A DNA stretch of 64,000 nucleotides from Desulfatiglandales bacterium (GTDB taxonomy: Bacteria > Desulfobacterota > DSM-4660 > Desulfatiglandales > Desulfatiglandaceae): contig OY759599.1 in the NCBI GenBank assembly GCA_963662465.1, positions 800,001-864,000 on the forward strand, written 5' to 3'. The notes below the pieces were generated by a model. It was not told where the DNA came from and ran no database searches. It saw nothing but the letters and a program-made list of their open reading frames with translations. Positions 1 to 10,417 of the stretch are shown here, piece after piece. The stretch's first letter is position 1. Each line of letters begins with the position of its first letter. A program made the position numbers and the translations under genes.

Positions 1-439
1 TCTCCTGCATCTCACGCAGCAATTCCCCCCTGGACGCTTTGGACAGATTTTTCCGCACGGTTTCGAGGAAATGCTCCGAAGGGCTGAAGCCTGGATTGGG
101 CAAATATTTGAAAACAAGAACCTTTGATGGCGAACCTTCCCCGTTTCCCTCATGAATAACATCGAAAAAGGGCGCACCGTGGGATGCAATGGCTGTGTTT
201 CCACCGTATGAGAATCTTATGGTCAAACCGCTCTGCCCATTACGGTCTTCAAGACCGATGGCAACATCCACATCAAAGGCATTACGAACGTCGTTTCTCA
301 AAAGCTCGGAAAAAGCCGCCACCAGCCTTGTGGCATCCATGTCATCATATTCCAGTGTTTCGGCCAGCCTGAAGATTTTGCGCCTGGCATCAGAAAACGT
401 TTCGGCATTTTTTACGGAAATATTACCCAATTCAATCAT
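1..439 (-). CDS. Partial CDS (runs off window): RsbT-like N-terminal domain, probably the sensor kinase/output protein of the stressosome operon
   Basis: ATG at 439 overlaps the rsbX stop (ATGA). Manual translation MIELGNISVKNAETFSDARRKIFRLAETLEYDDMDATRLVAAFSELLRN is open to the window edge and resembles anti-sigma-factor N-termini. Not in the ORF track. Confidence 0.6.
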   Translation of the reverse strand, partial: MIELGNISVKNAETFSDARRKIFRLAETLEYDDMDATRLVAAFSELLRNDVRNAFDVDVAIGLEDRNGQSGLTIRFSYGGNTAIASHGAPFFDVIHEGNGEGSPSKVLVFKYLPNPGFSPSEHFLETVRKNLSKASRGELLREMQE

Positions 440-1023
440 AGCCCATACCTCAATACAATACACGATGCATCATCGCTGTCCTTACCCAACCGGTCCATCA
501 GATCCGCCGCTATTTTCCGCGCTGAACCCTTCAGAAGGTCCGGGTAGAAAATCGGATCAAAGTGTTCCTTTATCCCGTCGGAGTTCAAAATCAGGATATC
601 CCCGGAAGACACTTTTGCCCGTTGTTTTTTGGGCGTGGGCATTCTGTACCCGAGAACACCGTCCCGGGAAACAAAGGTGACGGGGGACGGTCCGTAAAGC
701 CGCGCCGTAATATTTCCCACGCCCACAAATTCCATTTCGCCGTTCACCAGGTTCAAATGGCAGAGGGCGGCAACGGCCCCTCGGGTCCCCTTCAAACAGG
801 CATGCAATCCGTTCATCAATTCCTCCAGATCGGAAAGATGGCTTTCCTCAAGATAGCGCTCCCCGATTTCCGCCACCTGGTGGGCATTTTTGCCATGGCC
901 CAGCACATCCATGAGGGCTAAAAAGCATTGGTCATCGGATACCCGGATGACCCCCGCATCGCCGCATTCGTCCTCCGGACCGGTGAGTGAGCGCTTCAAC
1001 AAATGGGTGTCAACCTTAAGCAT
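436..1023 (-). CDS. rsbX: SpoIIE/PP2C-type phosphatase (RsbX-like)
   Basis: ECGD, DVLGHG, SDGI and DDASC PP2C motifs; position after rsbT. Likely start MLKVD at 1023. Confidence 0.8.
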   Translation of the reverse strand: MLKVDTHLLKRSLTGPEDECGDAGVIRVSDDQCFLALMDVLGHGKNAHQVAEIGERYLEESHLSDLEELMNGLHACLKGTRGAVAALCHLNLVNGEMEFVGVGNITARLYGPSPVTFVSRDGVLGYRMPTPKKQRAKVSSGDILILNSDGIKEHFDPIFYPDLLKGSARKIAADLMDRLGKDSDDASCIVLRYGL

Positions 1024-1438
1024 TCCGTCTCCATTTTCTGGCAACAATCCGCGTGCCGGCGCCTGGTTTCGATTGAATGTCAAATTCGTCCATAATCCTT
1101 TTTATGCTGGAGAGCCCCAGACCCAGACCGTGGCCCTTGCTGACCCCTTCTTCCATGGCCCCTTGGATGTCCTCGATGCCGGGTCCCTGGTCCTCCACGG
1201 TAAACTCAAAGCCCACACGGTCCTCATCTTTAACAGCCCTGAGCCTGACCCTTCCTTTTTCGGCATACCGAATCACGTTCGTGGAGGCTTCGGACGCGGC
1301 CGTGGCGATCAGGTATTGCTGGTTCTCGTCAAATCCCATTTGGGCGGTGAGGTGCCTGACGGCGTAGACCACCCGGGCATGGTCCGACAACTCAACCAGA
1401 TCGATGATCCTTTCTTCAATAATGCCGTTATTCTCCAA
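1016..1438 (-). CDS. rsbT: Anti-sigma regulatory factor, Ser/Thr kinase (RsbT-like)
   Basis: ATAASEASTNVIRYA, DQGPGI, GLGLGL and C-terminal ARKW; operon context. Confidence 0.9.
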   Translation of the reverse strand: MENNGIIEERIIDLVELSDHARVVYAVRHLTAQMGFDENQQYLIATAASEASTNVIRYAEKGRVRLRAVKDEDRVGFEFTVEDQGPGIEDIQGAMEEGVSKGHGLGLGLSSIKRIMDEFDIQSKPGAGTRIVARKWRRNA

Positions 1439-1465
1439 CTTAAAATATCTCCCGGGTTACCCGAT

Positions 1466-1897
1466 TCACGGGATGACGCCTGATTTCGACTCCACGGGCC
1501 CAAACCGCTTCAGGGCACGATTCCTTAAAAACGCGAACCCGTCATCCATGCTGATGGCCGTCGGAATGTTCCCGAGATCTAGCCCCAGATCCACCGCCGC
1601 GGACGCAACACCCGGCTGAAAGCCCACAAACACAATATCGGCGCCCAGCATGGATACCATTTTTGCGGTATTCGTCAGAACGGTAAAGCTGTAAGCATCA
1701 ACGATCCGAAGAACGGAAACATCAAACAGGACCCCCTTGGCAGCGGTTTCGTTTACTTTTCGAAGGACCGCTTTTTGAAGCCCCACGGCGTAATGATCAT
1801 CCAGTTCCGCATTGACGGGCACCACCAGAAAGCCGCCCACCGTGTGCATGCCCAATGCGGAAAAATTTTCAACATCTTCCATAGTTATCTTCTCCAT
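1466..1897 (-). CDS. rsbS: STAS-domain protein (RsbS-like)
   Basis: Single STAS domain (GVLFDVS...MLGADIVFVGFQPGVA) between rsbR and rsbT. Confidence 0.85.
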   Translation of the reverse strand: MEKITMEDVENFSALGMHTVGGFLVVPVNAELDDHYAVGLQKAVLRKVNETAAKGVLFDVSVLRIVDAYSFTVLTNTAKMVSMLGADIVFVGFQPGVASAAVDLGLDLGNIPTAISMDDGFAFLRNRALKRFGPVESKSGVIP

Positions 1898-1925
1898 CTC
1901 GGTATAATTTACAGATAAGCTACCT

Positions 1926-2735
1926 TTATTTCGTTTGGACCACCTCCAGCTTCAATATGGCAAATGCATCGGCCAGGGAATCCTGAAGGTTTGAATTGGT
2001 GGTCACGTCTCCCAGTTCAATGCCCAGTTGAACCAGGGTCTCGGCCACGGCGGGGGATATGCCGGAAACAATGCACCGGCACCCCATGAGCCTCGTGGCT
2101 TTGGCGATTTTAATAAGATGGTTGGCCACCGCCGTGTCAACCGTGGCCACCCCCGCAATATCCAGAATAATGACTTTGGCCAGGGTTTCCGTTATCTTCT
2201 TCAACATGGTGTGCATCATCTGTTGAGCACGCAGGGAATCCACCACCCCCACCACGGGAAGAATGATGACCCGGTCCCACAGCTTTATGACCGGGGTCGA
2301 TATCTCCATGATGGTGCGGCTCTGTTCCTGAAGTTTCCGCTCCTGTTGAACCCGGTTGGTGATATCCAGGATGTATTCCAGCCCGCCGATGATATTCCCC
2401 GCTTTGTCCTTTAAGGCCGCGGCGGTGTATTCAATGGGGATCGACCTCCCACCGATTTTTGCCTCATTGCGAACGGTACACGTTTCAGTGCCTCCCATAA
2501 CTTGTTTCATTCGGCATTCCGGTGTCCGGCAGTGGAGCGAATCGAAAACCTCGTAACAATGACTCCCTTTGATTTCCTCCCAACTTTTTCCGGAGAGCTT
2601 TAAACCCGCATCATTCATGAAAATGAGATTCAGATCGAGATCCACCGCCATAATCGGCGTGGGAAGCTGATCCAGAATCTGGATTGCGAGATCGTTGTTG
2701 ATCTGCACACTGCTGCCGTTAATTTTTTGGTTCAT
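1926..2735 (-). CDS. rsbR: PAS-STAS protein (RsbR-like)
   Basis: N-terminal PAS; EISTPVIKLWD...DSLRA...VDTAVANHL STAS signature. Confidence 0.9.
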   Translation of the reverse strand: MNQKINGSSVQINNDLAIQILDQLPTPIMAVDLDLNLIFMNDAGLKLSGKSWEEIKGSHCYEVFDSLHCRTPECRMKQVMGGTETCTVRNEAKIGGRSIPIEYTAAALKDKAGNIIGGLEYILDITNRVQQERKLQEQSRTIMEISTPVIKLWDRVIILPVVGVVDSLRAQQMMHTMLKKITETLAKVIILDIAGVATVDTAVANHLIKIAKATRLMGCRCIVSGISPAVAETLVQLGIELGDVTTNSNLQDSLADAFAILKLEVVQTK

Positions 2736-2770
2736 GGATTGCCTCCAGTTTTTGGGTGTTGAATATACGG

Positions 2771-5700
2771 TTATTGAACAATCTCGTATTTTTCTTCCCG
2801 GCCGAGTTTTTCCAGAAGTTGGTTGACTTCTTCCTTCAGACCGATCATTTTTATCTCCCTGCCCACCACCAGTCGGTTGAACTGTTCCAGCTCTTCCAGC
2901 CTCTCCTTCAGTTCCTGTTCGGCCTTCTTCAGTTCCGAGATATCGATAAAGCTTTCCAGAAGATGTGTTTTCCCACTCAGTTTCACCCGCGTCACGGTTT
3001 TGAGTATCGGTATTTCCTGACCCGCGGCGGTAAGAAGAACCCGTTCGGCATTTTCAATTTCCTGCTCACTGTCCAGTACGGGACAGTCATTCACTGCCTT
3101 GGGACAAACAAACTCATGACAAATGTGGCCGATGATTTCCGTGCCGGGCAACCCGATCATTTGGGCCGCCAAGGGATTTACGTCAACGATGGTACGGTTT
3201 TCGGGATCAATGATGATCACACCGGTGTTGATGGCATTTAAAATCGTCTGGACACGCTGTTCGCTCTCTTTAACCGCCTTTTCCGCCTGCTTCTTTTCCG
3301 TTTCGTCTTTTGAAAAAACCGCAATAACCCAGCGATTCTCCAATTGCGTCAAAACAATTGAAAGCATAACATTCAGAATACGCCCGTCTTTTGTTTTGTG
3401 GAGGCCTTCGGTCTCAACGTGGGAATGGGTCTGAAGGACCTCCATCAAGCCGGTAAATTTTTCTTCATTGAATTCCATATCGATCTGGGGCACATGCATG
3501 CTCATGAGCTCCTCCCGGGTGTAACCCAGTGAACTGCACGCCGCTTCATTGGCATAGATAAACATACCGGTCTCGGGATCCACCCAGAAGATCGTGAGAG
3601 CCGCTTTGTCCACCGTGGTCTGAGTGAACCGCAGGCGATCTTCCGATTGTTTGCGGTCGCTAATATCCGTGACCATGGCAAAAGCGCCGATCCTTTCATT
3701 GTTTTCGTCATAGAGCGGCGAAACATTGTAAAGACAATTGACCTGGCTACCGTCGGGCCTGGAAAGGGCGATTTCATAGGCACTGGTAATGCCCTGTTTT
3801 CGAAGCTCAATCTGTTCCAGAAATATTTTCTTGTTCTCTTCGTCCACAAAATCAAAGATGGTTTTGCCGATCACCTCATCTTTCTCCCTCCCCATAATAT
3901 GGCACATGGCGGGGTTCTGATCGACAATTTCCTGACTGGCATTGACCAATTGGAAACCTTCAGCGGCTGTTTCCAGAATCGTTTTGAGCTTTTTCTCACT
4001 TTCTTTCATGGCATCTTCCGCAATTTTGCGGTCAGTAAAGTCGCGCAGGCTTTCGATGGCGCCTACCGGTTTCCCGCTGGTGTCATAAAGAATGGCCGCA
4101 ATACCGGAAAGGTAAGTGCCACCATCGCCCATGTGGGGATGGAAAGATTCCGACACAAGACAATTCCCTTCCTTCTTTACGCTCAGGTATTTTTTCCCCA
4201 GTTCCTCATCCCATTGTTTTACCAAATCCACCAGAATCGGGCGGCGGTCACCATAGAATGGCAAGGCGTATTCATAATCCCCTTTACCCACGATGTTTCC
4301 CTTCTTTACGCCGGTAAGTTTCTCCATGGCGCGATTCCAAAACTGCACTTTGCCCTCAACATCGATTGCAAGAATGGGATCCGGCAGAAAGTCAATGAGA
4401 TCGGCCATGCGTTGTTCAGAATCTTTTATGGCCTCCTCAGCCTTCTTGCGCTCGGTGATGTCTCGCACCGTGCCAACCGCAAACCATTCTTCATCTACCT
4501 GGAAGGATGACAGCGTTACCTCAACCGGGAATTCATCGCCCTTTCGGTTGCGGGCGTTAATCTCGGTGGTGGTTCCCAGGACAGGGCCTTCCCCATTTTC
4601 GGCAAAATGTTTCAGCCCGGCGTAGATTTTCTCATGGTACACTTCGGGCGCGGCCATCTGGTGAAAATCCATCCCCATGGCCTCGGCTTCGGTGTAGCCG
4701 AAAAGCTTCTCCGCCGCGGGATTCCAGAACAGCACTTTCCCCTGTCCATCGATCATCACCAGTGCATCTTCCGCAGCTTGGCTCATGGCCTTGATTTTGC
4801 GCTCGCTTCTGATATGATCCAGTTCCGCCAGTTTCCGGCTTGTAATATCCAGTATTAATCCGTTATAAATGAGATCCCCTTCAGCGTTACGACTGGGAGA
4901 GGCATTGAGGCGGATCCATTTGACAGCGCCTTCTTTGGAAATTATACGGCCCACATGATTCATGTCCGCTTCAGCCAAGAGGTCCGTTTGGACCTCTTTC
5001 TTGACCCTCTCAAAATCCTCCGGATGCCATGGAAGGCGCTCTTTCCCCCTCATCACCTGCTCCACCGGCATTCCGAAAAAGGCTTCGGCCTTTGGACTCA
5101 GGTACAGGTATTCGGGCCTGCCGTCGGCGTCAAACCGGATCTGAATGATGGCCCCTGGTGTGGTTGCGGCAATGGTCTGGAAACGCTCCTCGGCACGCTT
5201 GCGTTGGACCATCTCCCTGGCCATGCGCCGGTTCCAGATGATGATGATGGTCAAAATCAATCCGATAACCATGGCAACGGCAATCCCCATTTTGATCAAG
5301 AAAGCCCAGTCGGTGCGTTGGGCGAAGCGCACGTTAATCCAGCGGTTGGCGATATTTCGCTTCTCTTCTTCAGGTATGGAATTGAGGGCCTTGTCAAGGA
5401 TGGTTGCCAGTTGTGGCCAGTCCTTGCGCACGCCAAAACGCAGGCTTGAACTGTAACCTGTCGAGGCGGCCACCTTGAGATCCGCAAGACCCAATTTGCT
5501 AATGGCATATACAATCGAAGCCGAGTTATCCACATAGGCCGCGGCTTGTCCTTCGGCTACCGCCTTAAGGCCCTGTTCGATATCGTCTACCAATACCAGC
5601 TTCATTTCAGGGAAATCCTGTTCCAGCATCTCCTGCACAAAATACCCTTTGACCACCGCCACTTGGGCGTCTTTCAAACTTTTCATTTCAGCAATGAACG

Positions 5701-7561
5701 GTGCGTCTTTCCGGGTAACGGCAACGGTCTGAAAATCCAGATAGGGGCGTGTGAACTGAAGAAATTCCGCGCGCTTCGGCGATTTGGCGACACAAGGCAG
5801 AACATCCAGTTCCCCGGCTTTCACGGCATCCATGACGCCATGCCAACTCAAACTCTTCACCGGCGTCATCTCCACATTCAGTTTCTCACTCATGAGGAAC
5901 ACGTAGCTGGAGGAAATCCCTTCGTACTCCCCTCCGGCACTGACGCCCTCAAAAGGCATGAAATTGGGATCCACGCCCAGGCGGATATGAGGATGTTTTT
6001 TGAGCCACTCCTTTTCCTCGAAGGTCAGCACCATGGGGCGGGCTTTTCCGGAATACTGGCGCAAGTCGGGATTTGAAACCCAGCGCCCTTCGACATCCCG
6101 TATTTCCTTTTCCGTAATTTCGTCAAAACCACTGTTTATGGATTTAAGTCGGAACCCATCTTCCTTTAAAACAGCGGCAAAAAGATTTCGAATCGGGGTG
6201 GTTTCCCTGGAAACCCGAATCTCCCCCTGCAATCCCATGTCTTCAATAGCCCGCTGCAATGTAATCCCAACATCATATATGGCGATGACATCACCGTCCT
6301 GCAGGCCGGTAAGGAGTTCTGGGTATCCCTCATAAGGGATGCGAACAATTTCCGGATACTGCTCACGAAGCTGACTCTCCTCCCCCGACCCGGCAATCAC
6401 ACCGACGCGAGCGCCGGAGAGTTCAGCAAGCATCATGGGTTTCCTGCTTGTTTTAAAGGCCAGGCTGTCCTGCACGTCAAAGATGGGGACTGAGAAGGAA
6501 AGAAACGTTTCGCGTTTCGGGGTTTTGTACAGACCCGAGTGAAAATCGGCTCTTCCATCTTTGACCATCTGAAGTGTTTCTTCCCAGTCTCCGAAAACAA
6601 ACTCGATTTTACGAAAGTTCTTTGAGGACCACAAACGCCAGAGATCCACCAGGATTCCCGCAGCCTTGCCCGAAGGGGTCAGCATGGTAAAGGGCGGGTA
6701 GTACCGATCGCAGGCAATGGTTAATACCCCTTTGGGTTTGATTATTTTTGAACCGATCCAGCGCCGTTCGATCTGCACCTTTTCTTCCGGGGAGATCTTG
6801 TCAAAACATGACTTTATGACAGGCGGCAAAACCGTATCGCCTTTTTTTACCGCGGCCTGAAAGGCATTGGTATAAAGAGGCTTGTCCGAAAAATAACGAA
6901 AGTTTGAAAGGAGTTGTATTTTCTTGAGGAAGTAAAGGCCGACGGGGGTATCTATGACGAATACCCGGATTTCCCCCTTTTTAACGGCCTTGAACAGATC
7001 TCCATTGTTGACATATTCGGCGAGAGCGGCCCCGGGCAGATTAGTGCGCAGATAGTCCACTGCAAAATCTCCCTTGATGACGCCGATGCGAAACCCCAGC
7101 AGATCTTTCAGGGTTTTAATGCCATAAATGTCTTTGTGGAAAAAGAAATGGGTATCCGCTTTGATGAGGGGGGCAACATAGTCCAGGTAGGTTGCTCTTT
7201 GCTCCGAATAGAAACAGCCGCCCTGAACGTCCACTTTCCCCTCTTTGGTGAGCTTCAGGGTTTCACCAAAAGGCGCCAGGACGAAGTTGATCTTGATACC
7301 GCTTTTTTGGGACCACAACTGCCAGAGATCCACCAGCCACCCGTCAGCGACCCCTTTCGCGTCTCGGAAATAGAACGGGGCAGTGTCCTGTGCCACCGCC
7401 ACAGTGATTTCTTTGATATCTTGAGAGCCTTCCTTTGCCGCAGCCACAATCGGCATGCCTAAAACAGTCAGAAAAAATCCCAGACAAAACAACCAGGACC
7501 CGAAAACTCCGGCAATGCTCCTTTTAAAACACGGCATTTGCGTTACCCCTTGTAATTTCAA
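2771..7561 (-). CDS. Membrane sensor: three periplasmic solute-binding (family 3) domains, TM helix, about five PAS domains and a C-terminal coiled coil; no kinase or cyclase domain
   Basis: Three PF-containing PBP repeats (TAPFYF, YPPFTM, FMPFEG), TM segment IAVAMVIGLILTIIIIWN, repeated DIT.RK PAC motifs; ends in ELEQFNRLVVGREIKMIGLKEEVN. Confidence 0.85.
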   Translation of the reverse strand: MKLQGVTQMPCFKRSIAGVFGSWLFCLGFFLTVLGMPIVAAAKEGSQDIKEITVAVAQDTAPFYFRDAKGVADGWLVDLWQLWSQKSGIKINFVLAPFGETLKLTKEGKVDVQGGCFYSEQRATYLDYVAPLIKADTHFFFHKDIYGIKTLKDLLGFRIGVIKGDFAVDYLRTNLPGAALAEYVNNGDLFKAVKKGEIRVFVIDTPVGLYFLKKIQLLSNFRYFSDKPLYTNAFQAAVKKGDTVLPPVIKSCFDKISPEEKVQIERRWIGSKIIKPKGVLTIACDRYYPPFTMLTPSGKAAGILVDLWRLWSSKNFRKIEFVFGDWEETLQMVKDGRADFHSGLYKTPKRETFLSFSVPIFDVQDSLAFKTSRKPMMLAELSGARVGVIAGSGEESQLREQYPEIVRIPYEGYPELLTGLQDGDVIAIYDVGITLQRAIEDMGLQGEIRVSRETTPIRNLFAAVLKEDGFRLKSINSGFDEITEKEIRDVEGRWVSNPDLRQYSGKARPMVLTFEEKEWLKKHPHIRLGVDPNFMPFEGVSAGGEYEGISSSYVFLMSEKLNVEMTPVKSLSWHGVMDAVKAGELDVLPCVAKSPKRAEFLQFTRPYLDFQTVAVTRKDAPFIAEMKSLKDAQVAVVKGYFVQEMLEQDFPEMKLVLVDDIEQGLKAVAEGQAAAYVDNSASIVYAISKLGLADLKVAASTGYSSSLRFGVRKDWPQLATILDKALNSIPEEEKRNIANRWINVRFAQRTDWAFLIKMGIAVAMVIGLILTIIIIWNRRMAREMVQRKRAEERFQTIAATTPGAIIQIRFDADGRPEYLYLSPKAEAFFGMPVEQVMRGKERLPWHPEDFERVKKEVQTDLLAEADMNHVGRIISKEGAVKWIRLNASPSRNAEGDLIYNGLILDITSRKLAELDHIRSERKIKAMSQAAEDALVMIDGQGKVLFWNPAAEKLFGYTEAEAMGMDFHQMAAPEVYHEKIYAGLKHFAENGEGPVLGTTTEINARNRKGDEFPVEVTLSSFQVDEEWFAVGTVRDITERKKAEEAIKDSEQRMADLIDFLPDPILAIDVEGKVQFWNRAMEKLTGVKKGNIVGKGDYEYALPFYGDRRPILVDLVKQWDEELGKKYLSVKKEGNCLVSESFHPHMGDGGTYLSGIAAILYDTSGKPVGAIESLRDFTDRKIAEDAMKESEKKLKTILETAAEGFQLVNASQEIVDQNPAMCHIMGREKDEVIGKTIFDFVDEENKKIFLEQIELRKQGITSAYEIALSRPDGSQVNCLYNVSPLYDENNERIGAFAMVTDISDRKQSEDRLRFTQTTVDKAALTIFWVDPETGMFIYANEAACSSLGYTREELMSMHVPQIDMEFNEEKFTGLMEVLQTHSHVETEGLHKTKDGRILNVMLSIVLTQLENRWVIAVFSKDETEKKQAEKAVKESEQRVQTILNAINTGVIIIDPENRTIVDVNPLAAQMIGLPGTEIIGHICHEFVCPKAVNDCPVLDSEQEIENAERVLLTAAGQEIPILKTVTRVKLSGKTHLLESFIDISELKKAEQELKERLEELEQFNRLVVGREIKMIGLKEEVNQLLEKLGREEKYEIVQ

Positions 7562-7620
7562 TGTTTTTTTCTAAATATCCTCTGGGAAACATGAACTTTA
7601 AAACATTCTCATTCCCCTGT

Positions 7621-10413
7621 TTATTCCTTTAATTTTTTCTGAAGACCTTCCACCAGGGGCAGAGCCTCTTTAAATTTGTATTTGTTGATGAACCTTTCCA
7701 GATCTGCCATCTCCACGCCTACCGCCGCCGGCCAGGGCACCTTTTTGATCTCCGCCATGGCCTCCTTGCACGGTTTCGGCTTACGGGTTTTCAGATGGGG
7801 AATCAATTCTTCCAGGGCGGCTGCAAGCGCTTCAGGATCGACTTCCCCCCCAGCCTTTTGGGCCATATCGGCCGGTTTGGGTTCCTCGCCCAAAACCCCG
7901 AGCGCTGCCACAACATCTTTCAACACACCTCCGAAAGCGGAAATCCGTTCATCATCGGTATCGGAAAGCCCTGCTTTGATGGCGGACTCCAGCGCCGCTG
8001 CCGCCGCCTGTAACGGCCCCGCCCCCACGTTGCCGGCCACCCCTTTGATGCTGTGGGCCAGACGTTCCGCTGCTTCCCCTTTTTCGGCCTTCAGCAGATC
8101 TTTGAGTTCCTGTTCGGTATCGGCATAGTCATCCCGAAGCTTTATGAGCAGTTTGCGGTAAAGCTTTTTATTTCCGCCCACGCGCATAACCCCTTCCTTG
8201 ATATTGATGCCGTTTACGACATCCGGAAGATGATCTTCAGCCACGGCGGCGGAAGGTTCAACAGCCGGTAAAGGGATATCAGTCCTGGGTTCGAATCCCC
8301 GCACACCCGGTTTGATCCACTGGGCCAGGCAGGAGAACAGCTGGTTCAGATCGATGGGTTTGGCTACGTGGTCGTTCATGCCGGCATCAACCGCCTTTTC
8401 ACGGTCTCCCGCCATGGCGTTGGCCGTCATGGCGATGATGGGAATGGGGATTGCGGATTGCGGATTGCGGATTTTCTCTTCCCCTTCCCATTTGCGGATT
8501 TCGCCGGTAGCCGTGTACCCGTCCATGACCGGCATCTGAATATCCATTAAGACCGCATGGTAGTTGTTGTCCGCCTGCACCGCTTCCAAAGCTTGCTTTC
8601 CGTTACTAACGGTAGTGACCCTGAGGCCTGACCCACCAAGAATTTCCTCGGCCACCTGCTGGTTGATTTCGTTGTCTTCCGCCAGCAGCACGTGGGCGCC
8701 TCTGATTTTTTCCGCTCCTTCCGGTTCACTCGAATGTTTCCTGCCGCGTCTTTTGGAAGCATCCAGTTTGCCAAAGGCGGCCATGGTGGCGTCCAGCAGC
8801 GTCGAAGGGGTGAGCGGTTTGATGAGGAAACCGTCCAGTCCCATTTGATCGGCCCGGGTCATGATCTCTTCCCGGCCAAAGGCGGTCACCATGATGATTT
8901 TGGGAATCTTGGCAAGGCCTGCATGGTTCCTGATTTTTTCAGACACCGTAAACCCGTCCATTCCGGGCATTTTCCAATCCATAAGCACCAGTTCAAAGGG
9001 ATCTTCCTTATCTGCTTTTTCCAGTTCCCTGAGCCCTTCTTCCCCACCGGGGACAAGGGTCGCTCTAAAGGACATGGCAGCCAGCATTCCTTCCAGAATG
9101 TCGCGGCTGGTTTGGTTGTCGTCCACCACCAGCACTTTGAGGTTCCTGAGATCCGGGTCGGGCACGAGAGCGGGCTTTTCATCCCCTTTTCCAAGGCCGA
9201 AAAGAGCGGTGAAGATGAATTCGCTGCCCACTCCGGGTTCGCTTTCCACCCAGATCTCTCCCCCCATCATCTCCACCAGCCGCTTGCTGATGGTGAGCCC
9301 CAGACCGGTTCCGCCGTATTTCCGGGTGGTGGAGGCATCGGCCTGGCTGAAGGCCTGAAACAGTTTGCCCCGCTGTTCCTCGGTAAGTCCTATCCCCGTA
9401 TCCCGGACGCCGAACCGCACCCTTACCTGATCTGGGGGCATCTGATCCTTGGTTTTCTCCTCCAGGGTGGCGGAGATGACGATCTCTCCTTTTTCCGTGA
9501 ATTTGACGGCATTGTTACTGAGGTTCACCAGCACCTGGCCCAGGCGAAGGGGGTCCCCAAGAAGGTTATTGGGGAGTTTCCGGTCCACCTTCAACAGCAG
9601 TTGCAGTTCCTTTTCCTGGGACTTCACACCCACCAGGTTGGCCACATTGTCCAGGGCATCATCCAGCTTGAAATTGATGGTTTCCATGTCCATCTTGCCC
9701 GCTTCGATCTTGCTGAAATCTAAGATGTCGTTGATGATGCCCAAGAGCGCCTTGGCGCTGGACTGTATTTTCACCAGGTAGTCTTGCTGCTTGGGGTTCA
9801 ACTCCGTTTTTAGGGCCAGGTGGCTCATGCCGATGACGGCGTTCATGGGGGTCCGGATCTCGTGGCTCATGTTGGCCAGAAAATCGCTTTTGGCCTTGGT
9901 GGCCTCTTCGGCTTTCTGTTTCTCCTCGTCCAGGTCCTGCATCATGTTCAGCATGGCACGCCTCGCATCCGCCAACTTTTCAATCTGAGCCTGCATGGAA
10001 TCCTCGGACTCCCTGCTTTTGGCGAAAGCGGCTTCCAACTGCTCGGCCATACTGTTAAAGGCCTCTGAAAAATCCCCCATGAAATCGACCTTGTGACTGA
10101 AATCCCCTTTGGCGATCTGCTGAGTGGTCCAGGTCAGGTGGCGCAGACTTCCCTGGAGGTTTTTCAGGTTACCCATCAGGGCGCTGTTGCTTCGAGGCGG
10201 TTGGTATTCGACATCGCCGCCGGACAGTGCCTGGGCCAGATCGGCAGTGGCGGCGTAATCCGTGAGGAATTTGTTGATGTAGCCAACCGCCTGCCGAATC
10301 TCGTTGTCAGGAAAATCGTCGGGCAAAAGGATAGGGCCGGGCTTCTTACCTTTCATGATCAGATAGAAGACCTCACTGATCTTGTCAATGATCTCTTCCT
10401 TGACTTCCAGCAT
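7621..10413 (-). CDS. Cytoplasmic hybrid histidine kinase (HAMP-HisKA-HATPase-REC-REC-Hpt)
   Basis: [28 protein letters not shown], two REC domains (MDWKMP, MDIQMP), Hpt [12 protein letters not shown]. Likely start MLEVK at 10413. Confidence 0.93.
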   Translation of the reverse strand: MLEVKEEIIDKISEVFYLIMKGKKPGPILLPDDFPDNEIRQAVGYINKFLTDYAATADLAQALSGGDVEYQPPRSNSALMGNLKNLQGSLRHLTWTTQQIAKGDFSHKVDFMGDFSEAFNSMAEQLEAAFAKSRESEDSMQAQIEKLADARRAMLNMMQDLDEEKQKAEEATKAKSDFLANMSHEIRTPMNAVIGMSHLALKTELNPKQQDYLVKIQSSAKALLGIINDILDFSKIEAGKMDMETINFKLDDALDNVANLVGVKSQEKELQLLLKVDRKLPNNLLGDPLRLGQVLVNLSNNAVKFTEKGEIVISATLEEKTKDQMPPDQVRVRFGVRDTGIGLTEEQRGKLFQAFSQADASTTRKYGGTGLGLTISKRLVEMMGGEIWVESEPGVGSEFIFTALFGLGKGDEKPALVPDPDLRNLKVLVVDDNQTSRDILEGMLAAMSFRATLVPGGEEGLRELEKADKEDPFELVLMDWKMPGMDGFTVSEKIRNHAGLAKIPKIIMVTAFGREEIMTRADQMGLDGFLIKPLTPSTLLDATMAAFGKLDASKRRGRKHSSEPEGAEKIRGAHVLLAEDNEINQQVAEEILGGSGLRVTTVSNGKQALEAVQADNNYHAVLMDIQMPVMDGYTATGEIRKWEGEEKIRNPQSAIPIPIIAMTANAMAGDREKAVDAGMNDHVAKPIDLNQLFSCLAQWIKPGVRGFEPRTDIPLPAVEPSAAVAEDHLPDVVNGINIKEGVMRVGGNKKLYRKLLIKLRDDYADTEQELKDLLKAEKGEAAERLAHSIKGVAGNVGAGPLQAAAAALESAIKAGLSDTDDERISAFGGVLKDVVAALGVLGEEPKPADMAQKAGGEVDPEALAAALEELIPHLKTRKPKPCKEAMAEIKKVPWPAAVGVEMADLERFINKYKFKEALPLVEGLQKKLKE
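8448..8473. repeat. Heptamer tandem repeat (GGATTGC)x3+ inside the kinase REC2 domain
   Basis: ggattgc ggattgc ggattgc ggatt; encodes the KIRNPQSAI insert. Confidence 0.8.
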
Positions 10414-10417
10414 GTAT

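Noticed and set aside
8692..9723. Long antisense ORFs (e.g. 8692-9723, 3647-4510, 12319-13242, 49465-50496, 54117-54992)
   Set aside because: They are shadows of well-supported genes on the opposite strand and have no recognisable motifs.
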